Made by a program: the position numbers and the translations under genes. DNA of 20,136 nucleotides from Candidatus Heimdallarchaeota archaeon (lineage in GTDB: Archaea; Asgardarchaeota; Heimdallarchaeia; JABLTI01): positions 1 to 20,136 of the forward strand of contig JAHLVW010000024.1 of NCBI GenBank assembly GCA_019058275.1, read 5' to 3'. Of this stretch, positions 9,575 to 17,462 are shown piece by piece; position 1 is the stretch's first letter, and each line of letters opens with the position of its first letter. The notes below the pieces were generated by a model. That model was not told the origin of the DNA, made no database searches, and was given only the letters and a program-made list of their open reading frames with translations.

Positions 9575-10843
9575 ATGAGAGTGTTCAAAACAAACAAGCC
9601 CAGTTTAATTTTAGCAGTATTGATTCTCGCATTAACAACATTACCAATTATCTCTGTTGTAGGTGAAACCTACCAACTTATGTATATTGATTTTACAATT
9701 CAACCATCTCAACCTGAAATAATTGGGAAAGATAGTTTTTCATTGAATCCTCTTAATGAGTACATTTATGGCATTCCAGAAGTTGATGCTGTTGGTTCCC
9801 GTTCTGACTCAGGAACATACTTTCTAGAAATGTGGTCCACAGGAAGATTGGAGGTCTACATATTAGATTCTTCTGGACCAATTGGGAATAATCAGTATAT
9901 GGATTATGTTGGGGTTTTTGTTGGTAACGCTCCTGATGATTATAACTTTTTATTCATTTGTGATGGTTATTTAAAAGTGGAATTTTATGGTGGTTCAATT
10001 AATCCTAAGTTAGTCATTTTTTCTGATGGAGTTGATGTTACGGGTAATTACCTCTGGACTGCTGGTTTAGACGCAATTATCTATCAACCTTATTATCTTA
10101 GAATTATGGGTTCAGATCGCTCAACAAATGACACTATTCGCATCTTTAATCTTAATGCTACTGTAAGTACTTATTTACTAGACGATGATCAATATAGTAC
10201 TTGGTCACTTATTCCTGGTGCGGAACCTAGTTCCTTCAGTTCAGTAGATTATGATCAGGATGTTACAGAAACTAATCTTACATATACTTCTGAAATAGAT
10301 ATGGATTATCATCTCATTGTTTGGCATGAAGAATTCTATGGAACTGTAAATGGTACTCTAGTCTATGAGTACACTTACTATCCAAGTTTCTTTGAGACTT
10401 ATTGGTCGTTATTTTTAGTAGTTGGTTTGTTAGTTATTTTGATCTTAATGTTCGCATTCCAGAAAGTAGTTTTACCACCAATAGTCTGGACTGGTAATAA
10501 ACTAAAGTATTATCTAATCTCAATTCCTTGGCGCGAATTAAAAGCAACCTTTGCTGATATTGTCGATGAGTTTGGAGCAATCTGGTCACGTGCAAGAGGT
10601 GTTGCAGAAGAAGAAGTATTGATAGATGAAGAAAAATCATCACACAAAAAGTGGTTGTTAACATTACTAGCTGTTATTGGATTCCTAGGTCTTCATAGAT
10701 ACATGGTCGGTAAGATTGCTTCGGGTATAGTTTTCACATGCACTGGAGGATTCTTTATTTTTGGCTGGATAATTGATTTAATAGCTATAATAGCTGGATG
10801 CTTCAAAGATGGTGATGAAAAACTAATCGTGGAATGGAAATAG
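9575..10843 (+). CDS. Membrane protein: signal peptide, ~240-aa ectodomain, TM helix, C-terminal TM2 domain
   Basis: The C-terminus KKWLLTLLAVIGFLGLHRYMVGKIASGIVFTCTGGFFIFGWIIDLIAIIAGCFKD matches the TM2 (PF05154-type) pattern G.lG.HrfY.G...G.....T.G....w..iD. ATG 9575 (GTGA upstream) is preferred over TTG 9521. Confidence 0.8.
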   Translation: MRVFKTNKPSLILAVLILALTTLPIISVVGETYQLMYIDFTIQPSQPEIIGKDSFSLNPLNEYIYGIPEVDAVGSRSDSGTYFLEMWSTGRLEVYILDSSGPIGNNQYMDYVGVFVGNAPDDYNFLFICDGYLKVEFYGGSINPKLVIFSDGVDVTGNYLWTAGLDAIIYQPYYLRIMGSDRSTNDTIRIFNLNATVSTYLLDDDQYSTWSLIPGAEPSSFSSVDYDQDVTETNLTYTSEIDMDYHLIVWHEEFYGTVNGTLVYEYTYYPSFFETYWSLFLVVGLLVILILMFAFQKVVLPPIVWTGNKLKYYLISIPWRELKATFADIVDEFGAIWSRARGVAEEEVLIDEEKSSHKKWLLTLLAVIGFLGLHRYMVGKIASGIVFTCTGGFFIFGWIIDLIAIIAGCFKDGDEKLIVEWK

Positions 10844-10938
10844 ACGAGCCATCATCCGTTTCCACATATTTTATCTTTTTAGAATTTAGTAATGTTTTAT
10901 TAATTTCCAATTCTATTTGACATAAGGATTGTTCTATA

Positions 10939-11427
10939 TTGTTACTCAAAGATGATAGAAACGCTGAAAATACATTTGAAACTGAAAACTCTTCAGATGA
11001 TAACCAAGATACAAAAAGTGATTTTGAATCTTCTGAAGAAGAAATTTCATCTGAAACTTTCGAAGAGTATGAATCAGCGAAGGTAAAACTTAGATGGTCA
11101 AGAGTATTAATTGTCGCTAGTGTTCTAGCACTGTTTTTTGTAGGAGTAACATTACTTGTTTTGTATTTTATAAGTAAAAACAATTCAGTAATTTTTCTCT
11201 ATCTTCCAACCTTTTATCTTATAGAGTGTGGTTTGTTATTGACTTTTGGTGGTTGTGTTGGAACTGTTAGACAATCCTTTACAATTGATGCTATTAAACA
11301 TAGATTAGTAAAAGGGGAAAAAATCACAGGTGCAGATACTAAAATAGCTATCGGTAGTGCTTATACCTATATAATTGCAGGATTCCTAATTGGATTTGCT
11401 TCATTTATTGCTTGGTTGGTAGTTTGA
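10939..11427 (+). CDS. Hypothetical membrane protein (acidic N-terminus, about 3 TM helices)
   Basis: 162-codon ORF with TTG start and AAGGA upstream; D/E/S-rich N-terminus followed by three hydrophobic segments. Family not recognised. Confidence 0.7.
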   Translation: MLLKDDRNAENTFETENSSDDNQDTKSDFESSEEEISSETFEEYESAKVKLRWSRVLIVASVLALFFVGVTLLVLYFISKNNSVIFLYLPTFYLIECGLLLTFGGCVGTVRQSFTIDAIKHRLVKGEKITGADTKIAIGSAYTYIIAGFLIGFASFIAWLVV

Positions 11428-11623
11428 TAATTCTCAACATTTTAACTATTCGATTTTTGAATTTTATAATAATGTATTTTTAACACAATTAGTAAAATAT
11501 ATTCAAGGTTGTTTTGTATTTGAGCGAAGATTTGGATTCAGAACATACAAAAAAATCAATTTCGAAAAAATGTATGAAAAGGATAATTTGAACAAACCAA
11601 ATTATCCACTAAAAAACTTGGAA

Positions 11624-14600
11624 TCACTTTTTGCTTTTCACTAGTTTTAAGTGCAGTTTCATTCCTTGGATAGTTATTATCTCAGTGTTCTTTATACTAC
11701 TTATCAATTCCATTTTTGTTGTCAAAGTTTCAGTACAGATATAGTCTGAGAATTCTGTAAATGCCTTCTTTAGATCTTCACTTGCTTTATAGTAGACTTC
11801 TATTTGGTCATTTACATTCAAATCCAGTTTTTTCCTGAGATTTTGTATATGTCTAACTATATCTCGAGCTATTCCTTCAAGAAGCAATTTCTCAGAGATT
11901 TTTGTATTTAATGCTATGGCAAATCTATGATTGACAGCTATTGTATGAGTTCCTTTTGGTTGAACATCTAAATCTAGATCCTGGTTCAATCTCAGTTTCA
12001 TAGGTTTCATTTCAGGTGTTAATTGTACTTCAAGTAACTGTTCTGAATTATTGTATGCTTCAAAGATTACTTTTTGATTTAGTGTTTTCATCTTATCTTC
12101 AAGAAGCTTTATACGTCCTTTCAATTTTGGACCCAATAATTGATAGTTAGGTTTTAGTTTAAATGTCAAGAGTTTCTCTGGGTTTCTAACGAATCTTAGT
12201 TTTTTTACATTAAGCTCTGTTAATAACTCCATCTCGAATTCTTTCAACACCTTTTCGTTCTCTGTGTTCTTACACCATATGATAACTTCTTCAAGTGGTT
12301 GTCTCAATCTTAAATCAACTTTACTCCTAGCTGCTCTACCTAATTTTACAACCTCAAGTACATCATCCATTTTTTCATTCAATTCTTTTTTCAGGAGTTT
12401 CTTCGTCGATTTTGGATAATTACATAGATGAACACTCATGGGTAGATTTGAATCGAGGTTTTTTGTTAAGTTCTGATACAATAGTTCACCAAAGAAAGGA
12501 GCTATTGGAGCTATTAGTTTACTCATTGTTAGCAATACTGAGTATAGCGTTTCATAACCACTAAGTTTCTCTTCACTATTTTCATGTTTCCAAAATCTTC
12601 TTCTGCTTCTTCGTAAATACCAAGTGGAAAGCAATTCTACAAATTCTTCAAGTTCTAGCACTGTTTTTCTAAAATCCGCTTTATCCAGATATTTACGAAC
12701 TTGTTTAACAAGTAGGTTTAGTCTCGAGAGTAACCACTCATCAAGCAAAGGTCGTGTTCCTTTGGTTAGTTTTTGTTTTGGTTTAAACTGATCTAAATTA
12801 GCAAATGTAGCAAAGAATGAATAAACATTCCATAGTGTGAGAAAGAATTGCTTTAGCTCTTTTACTAAATGGTATCCAAAGTGCATTGTTTGTGTTAATT
12901 GCTGTTTAGCAAATGCCCATCGTAATAAATCTGCACCCATCTTATCTACTGCTTCTTCAAACCATATGGCATTTCCCAAGCTTCTGTGCATAGCTCTACC
13001 ATTTTTGTCATGAACCTTCTCGTGAGCAATTACTCTTTTGTATGGAGCTTTTCCAGTAAGGGTTACTCCCATAAAGAGCAGAGAATAGAACCACAATCTT
13101 ATTTGTTCTCTCATTTCACATATGGATTCTGCTGGGAACCATTTTTCCCAATAGGATGAATCTTCTAAGTATTTTAAAGTGGAAAAGGGAACTATGCCAG
13201 CATCTAACCAGCAATCTCCAACTTCCTGTACTTTAGTTACCTTTTTCCCACATTTAGGGCATTCTATTTGTACATCATCTATCCATGGACGATGCAATTC
13301 CTGTAAATTCTCGAGACCACTTACTGCTTTTTCAAAAAGCTCATCTTTTGATCCTATTACAATTAATTGTCCACAATGTTTGCATTCAAAGAATGGTAAT
13401 GGTAATCCCCAATATCTTTTTCTTGAGATACACCAATTTCCCATATTGTTTAACCAATCTTGCATACGCTTTTCATAAAAGCTGGGTTTCCATTCGACTT
13501 CACCAGTTGCTTTCTTCAGTAGTGGTCGTATTTCTTCACAGTCTATGAACCATTCTTCAACTAATCTAAAAACTAGTTCTTCATGGCATCTCCAACATGT
13601 AGGATATCTATGAGTAAATTCTTCTGTTTTATAAGACAAACCTGATTCCTCAAGCTTATTGAGAACAAGAGTTGAAACATCGGATACAAATACTCCTCCA
13701 AATTCATCATATTCTTTACCAAATATTCCGAATTCATCAATTGGTGATAAGACAGCTAATTTGAAGATTTTACTTAACTCAAAATCCTCTGCACCACATC
13801 CTGGAGCAATATGTACAAAACCTGTACCTTCTTCACCAGATACCTCTACCCATTCAATGACTTTATGGTCTACTCCTTTTTGAGCTGTTAAGTAGTTGAA
13901 AGGTGAATCATACTTCAAAGCAACTAGTTCTTTTCCAGGTAATACCTCTTGAACCTCAAATTCACCTACTAATAATGAAAGTTTACTTTCAACAACATAA
14001 TATACCTCATTTTTTTGCAGCACTTTACAGTAAGTTAAATCGGGATTAACTGCTACAGCTGTGTTTGCAGTAAGAGTCCATGGGGTTGTAGTCCAAACTA
14101 GTAAATTTGTTTTTGGTTGATTGTGTTTCTTAGTTTTTATTGGAAACTTCACAAAAACTGCTGTATGGCTAAGCTCTTTATAAGCATCATGTTGTTCATG
14201 TTGTGATAAAGATGTACCGCATCTAGAACACCATGGCATAGGGAAGTGACCTTTAACTATCCACCCTTTTTCATGGCAGGTTTTAAGAAAATACCAGATA
14301 TAAGAGATATTTGTATCAGTGTGAGTATAGTAGGAATTATCCCAATCCATGAACTGACCAAGTCTTTTGGATTGTTCGATTATTAGACCTGAAAAATGAT
14401 TCAATCTTTCCTTACATTTATTGGAAAAATTTTCCAAGCCATAATCTTCTATTGCTTTTTTGGAATTCAGTCCGAGTTCTTTTTCGACTTCAACTTCTAT
14501 CCAGAGACCTTGACAATCAAATCCATTTTGAAATCTTTGATCATATCCTTTCATTGCCCAATAGCGTTGTATTAAATCCTTTAGTGAACGACCCCAAGCA

Positions 14601-14830
14601 TGATGTAAACCCATTGGATTGTTTGCAGTTATAGGTCCATCTATGAAAGAATAATGCTTGTTTGAGTTTCGGTTTAATTCAACCCTCTGTTCAAAAACTT
14701 TGTTTACTTCCCAAAATTTCAATATCTCTTTCTCATGTTCAATTAAATCTAAGTTTGAACTAACTTCTGGAAATAGAAGCTCTTTTTTATTATTTATTTG
14801 CTTTTTATTGGTTTTAGTTTCGAATTTCAT
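11624..14830 (-). CDS. ileS: Isoleucyl-tRNA synthetase, type 2-like, with non-canonical signature motifs
   Basis: FIDGPITAN, GFDCQGL, CP1 editing motif VWTTTPWTL, GTGFVHIAPG, HRYPTCWRC, WCISRKRYWGLPLP, WYLRRSRRRFW, and a type-2-like C-terminus (EGIARDIVRHIQNLRK). GAGGA SD upstream. Confidence 0.97.
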   Translation of the reverse strand: MKFETKTNKKQINNKKELLFPEVSSNLDLIEHEKEILKFWEVNKVFEQRVELNRNSNKHYSFIDGPITANNPMGLHHAWGRSLKDLIQRYWAMKGYDQRFQNGFDCQGLWIEVEVEKELGLNSKKAIEDYGLENFSNKCKERLNHFSGLIIEQSKRLGQFMDWDNSYYTHTDTNISYIWYFLKTCHEKGWIVKGHFPMPWCSRCGTSLSQHEQHDAYKELSHTAVFVKFPIKTKKHNQPKTNLLVWTTTPWTLTANTAVAVNPDLTYCKVLQKNEVYYVVESKLSLLVGEFEVQEVLPGKELVALKYDSPFNYLTAQKGVDHKVIEWVEVSGEEGTGFVHIAPGCGAEDFELSKIFKLAVLSPIDEFGIFGKEYDEFGGVFVSDVSTLVLNKLEESGLSYKTEEFTHRYPTCWRCHEELVFRLVEEWFIDCEEIRPLLKKATGEVEWKPSFYEKRMQDWLNNMGNWCISRKRYWGLPLPFFECKHCGQLIVIGSKDELFEKAVSGLENLQELHRPWIDDVQIECPKCGKKVTKVQEVGDCWLDAGIVPFSTLKYLEDSSYWEKWFPAESICEMREQIRLWFYSLLFMGVTLTGKAPYKRVIAHEKVHDKNGRAMHRSLGNAIWFEEAVDKMGADLLRWAFAKQQLTQTMHFGYHLVKELKQFFLTLWNVYSFFATFANLDQFKPKQKLTKGTRPLLDEWLLSRLNLLVKQVRKYLDKADFRKTVLELEEFVELLSTWYLRRSRRRFWKHENSEEKLSGYETLYSVLLTMSKLIAPIAPFFGELLYQNLTKNLDSNLPMSVHLCNYPKSTKKLLKKELNEKMDDVLEVVKLGRAARSKVDLRLRQPLEEVIIWCKNTENEKVLKEFEMELLTELNVKKLRFVRNPEKLLTFKLKPNYQLLGPKLKGRIKLLEDKMKTLNQKVIFEAYNNSEQLLEVQLTPEMKPMKLRLNQDLDLDVQPKGTHTIAVNHRFAIALNTKISEKLLLEGIARDIVRHIQNLRKKLDLNVNDQIEVYYKASEDLKKAFTEFSDYICTETLTTKMELISSIKNTEIITIQGMKLHLKLVKSKK

Positions 14831-14944
14831 GATTCCTCATTTTAATTTGTACTCCTAAAATTAGAATAAAAATGAATATAGTATACACTAGGTGAAATGT
14901 AGAATAGGTGACTATTGCTGGGATATAATTTCATGATCCCTCAT
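14823..14944 (-). repeat. Direct repeat of the ileS RBS + start cassette (17/18 nt identical, 104 bp apart)
   Basis: Minus strand ATGAGGGATCATGAAATT (14944-14927) versus ATGAGGAATCATGAAATT (14840-14823). Confidence 0.85.
14912..14944 (-). other. Candidate leader peptide MRDHEIISQQ upstream of ileS
   Basis: GGTGA SD, 4-nt spacer, then ATG AGG GAT CAT GAA ATT ATA TCC CAG CAA TAG with tandem Ile codons. Translation is unproven. Confidence 0.35.
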
Positions 14945-14988
14945 GTTTTCACCATTGTTTTATATTCAATTGACTTTTCCGATGAAAA

Positions 14989-14996
14989 TTTATAAG
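14989..14996 (-). promoter_or_regulatory. Probable TATA box of ileS
   Basis: Minus strand GAAAGCCTTATAAAT (purine-rich BRE-like element + CTTATAAA), about 160 nt upstream of the ileS ATG, implying a long leader. Confidence 0.45.
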
Positions 14997-15072
14997 GCTT
15001 TCTAAAAGACATTTATTAGTAATATCCGTTCAGATCTAAGCTTTTTTATCGAAAATTCTCCATTAGTCTTAT

Positions 15073-15144
15073 CGAAACCTTTTATAAATCATTTATAAGC
15101 GTTCATTTATAAATAATCATTTATAAAGGAAAACTGTTTATAAA
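15073..15144 (+). promoter_or_regulatory. tbp promoter region with an array of five TATA boxes
   Basis: TTTATAA(A) at 15081, 15092, 15106, 15120 and 15137. TCATTTATAA is repeated exactly at 15089, 15103 and 15117. BRE-like CGAAAC precedes the first box. SD AGGAG at 15168-15172. Confidence 0.8.
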
Positions 15145-15182
15145 TAAACCTTAACAAACCCCTTATCAGGAGATCAAAACCC

Positions 15183-15758
15183 ATGGTTAAAATTGAATAT
15201 ACTATTCAAAACTGTGTAGCTTCAGGGAGCGTAGAAACCTCCAGAATAGACCTATATGCACTTGCAGATCGATTAGGTGAGAAACCAGAATATTTTGTAT
15301 CTTACGAACCTGAAAAATTCCCTGGGTTAGTACTAAAAATTCCAAAACCAAAAGTTAGTTCCTTGATTTTTGCCTCTGGTAAAATGGTTATTACTGGAGC
15401 AAAAAGCGCTGAAATGTTGCATGTAGCTGCTGATGAGATTGTCAAAGTCTTAAAAGCTGCTGGTGCTAAAATCACTGGTAAACCATCAGTAACAGTTCAA
15501 AATATCGTTGCTTCTGGAAACATAAATGCAATAATCAATCTTGAGTTAGCTTCAATTATGCTTGAGGGTAGCATGTATGAACCTGAACAATTCCCAGGTC
15601 TAATCTATCGTATTAGAGAACCAAAAACTGTTCTATTGCTATTCCAGAGTGGTGCCTTTGTTTGCACAGGTGCAAAGAAAGAGGAATTTGTTAGTGAATC
15701 CACAAGAAAAACTTACGAGATTCTTAAGGAAGTGGGTGCTTTAGAGGAAGAATTTTAA
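15183..15758 (+). CDS. tbp: TATA-box-binding protein (archaeal TBP)
   Basis: Two TBP repeats: IQNCVAS...YEPEKFPGL...LIFASGKMVITGAKS and VQNIVAS...YEPEQFPGLIYR...LLFQSGAFVCTGAK; short acidic tail. Confidence 0.98.
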   Translation: MVKIEYTIQNCVASGSVETSRIDLYALADRLGEKPEYFVSYEPEKFPGLVLKIPKPKVSSLIFASGKMVITGAKSAEMLHVAADEIVKVLKAAGAKITGKPSVTVQNIVASGNINAIINLELASIMLEGSMYEPEQFPGLIYRIREPKTVLLLFQSGAFVCTGAKKEEFVSESTRKTYEILKEVGALEEEF

Positions 15759-15985
15759 ATTATTTTTCCTATTTAGAACTATTTGTTTGAAAATATTATT
15801 TTAGTCTTCATACTCCTCACTTCTCAATTCTTGGAGATATCAAATTCCGCTTAACAAATTTCATAAGGATTTGATGTTTAAAAATCTACTTTAGAAATTT
15901 AATTTTATAAAATTCTGAATAAAAAAATATGAAATTAATAGAGGAAATAAAATGATAATAAGAAAAAGGAAAAATGATAAAAAAA

Positions 15986-16630
15986 TCATTTTTCTTTTTT
16001 GTAGTCTTTGTACGCTTTGAATAGGAAGTTGAATCCGCCTGTTTCTTCACCTTCGTAAAGAGCAATTGTTTGAGGTGCTTCTCTAAATTCTTTATCAATT
16101 AAATCTGATTTAAGAGCTCCATAGAATTTCTCTTTAGGACGAGCGTTTTTGCCAATCCATGTATAGATCATCATTGCTTCTTCACCCATGAGGCCAGCAA
16201 CAACAAAAACATCATTTGAATCTAATGAATCTCGAGAGAATTTGACTTTCTCATATTCGATTTCATCACCAATTTGTTGTACTCTTATCATTCGGAAATC
16301 AGGTTTAAAGCTAGTGTCTATATGTATCAACATTGAAGGAGTGTCGCCTTCGACAACTTTGAAATCAGACCCCAATGCATCTAATAATTCTTGGTCTTCT
16401 TCACCTTCAAAACAGGAATCCACTCTTGGTCTTCCTCTTCTTTCATAGTCTAGATCTTGTGCAGTTTTTGCTGCAATAAATTTTTCATCAACTTGTGAGC
16501 TCTTGCCAATCCAAATCCAAATGGTTTTCCCGAGATCAATAACATAAGAATCTCCTGTATTAAATATGGGTTCTTTAATTGGAACAAGTTCTCCCTTAAC
16601 GACATGATAAATTATTTTATCTTCGGACAA
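15986..16630 (-). CDS. Two-domain gelsolin-family protein (Asgard 2DGel-like actin regulator)
   Basis: Two gelsolin repeats: FNTGDSYVIDLGKTIWIWIGKSSQVDEK...FEGEE and SLDSNDVFVV...IYTWIGKNARPKEK...YEGEE. TTG start with AGGTGA SD. Confidence 0.92.
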   Translation of the reverse strand: MSEDKIIYHVVKGELVPIKEPIFNTGDSYVIDLGKTIWIWIGKSSQVDEKFIAAKTAQDLDYERRGRPRVDSCFEGEEDQELLDALGSDFKVVEGDTPSMLIHIDTSFKPDFRMIRVQQIGDEIEYEKVKFSRDSLDSNDVFVVAGLMGEEAMMIYTWIGKNARPKEKFYGALKSDLIDKEFREAPQTIALYEGEETGGFNFLFKAYKDYKKEK

Positions 16631-16796
16631 AATTTTTCACCTTTGGAGATATAGATATAACAGTTGTACTCATTACTACTAAAAAAATCTTTCAGTAAAT
16701 GATTTTTTCAGTAAAAAATTGTTAGGATTAGTTTTTTATACAAAGGTCGATATATTAGCGTATTCAAAACTTTGTGTTAAATGGAGGAAGTAAAAA

Positions 16797-17378
16797 TTGG
16801 CTGTAAAATCAATCCGAAGAATTTTTGCATTATATGCTTTAGTCATTTTTATATTACCTACGATACCATTAATGGCCATAACAAATGAGAATGATTTTGT
16901 ATTAACACCTCAAGAGGAATATGACAAATTGCATAAAGGTTTCCTTTATACTAGTGGTTATCTGGCTGCATGGCTTGATACTGATTGGTATCATGTAGAA
17001 TTAAAAACTGATAAGGATTATATTATCTGGACTAAAATAAAAATTGAGTCAGGAGGTTTCGATTTATATATTCAAGGTCCTGGAGGACTTTATTTTGAAC
17101 TTGCCATTTGGGACTCTTCTGCATCTGATAGTGAACGAGTGATTAGCTTCATCTTCCATCCCGATACTGCAGGTGATCATAAAGTCTATGTCAGTACTAC
17201 AACACTTACTGATGGTGGTGATTATCAACTCTAGGTGAATAGAGCACGATTTGCTGGTTATTGGTGGATGATTTTAATTGGAGTAGTGATACTTCTCATA
17301 TTAATTCTATTACCACTATTATTACTTACAAGAACTAAAAAGAAATAGAAGAAGAAACGTAAAGGTAAACGAAAATAG
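16797..17378 (+). pseudogene. Cell-surface protein (signal peptide, PPC-like beta domain, TM anchor, basic tail) interrupted by in-frame TAGs at 17232-17234 and 17346-17348; pseudogene or readthrough
   Basis: GGAGG SD + TTG start. DTDWYHVEL...FDLYIQGP resembles a pre-peptidase C-terminal domain. The frame continues past the first stop: DYQL*VNRARFAGYWWMILIGVVILLILILLPLLLLTRTKKK*KKKRKGKRK*. Confidence 0.7.
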
Positions 17379-17406
17379 TTTTAATTTACCTTTTTTTCTT
17401 ATTTTT
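17361..17406 (+). terminator. Hairpin + T-tract overlapping the third TAG of the interrupted gene
   Basis: AAAGGTAAA (17361-17369) pairs with TTTACCTTT (17385-17393), followed by TTTTCTTATTTTT. Confidence 0.5.
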
Positions 17407-17462
17407 ATAATCAAAATTACAAATAGAATTAGATGAAATTGAAACAAAAATTGGTGTGTATT

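Noticed and set aside
14831-14990. T-box riboswitch upstream of ileS
   Set aside because: No T-box consensus (AAGGTGGNACC-like) or Stem I is recognisable; the region is reported instead as a different candidate leader.
15081-15144. Mini-CRISPR array or replication-origin (ORB) repeats
   Set aside because: The repeats are only 7-10 bp with spacers of a few bp. There are no cas or orc1/cdc6 genes and no G-string ORB motif, and the unit equals the TATA consensus.
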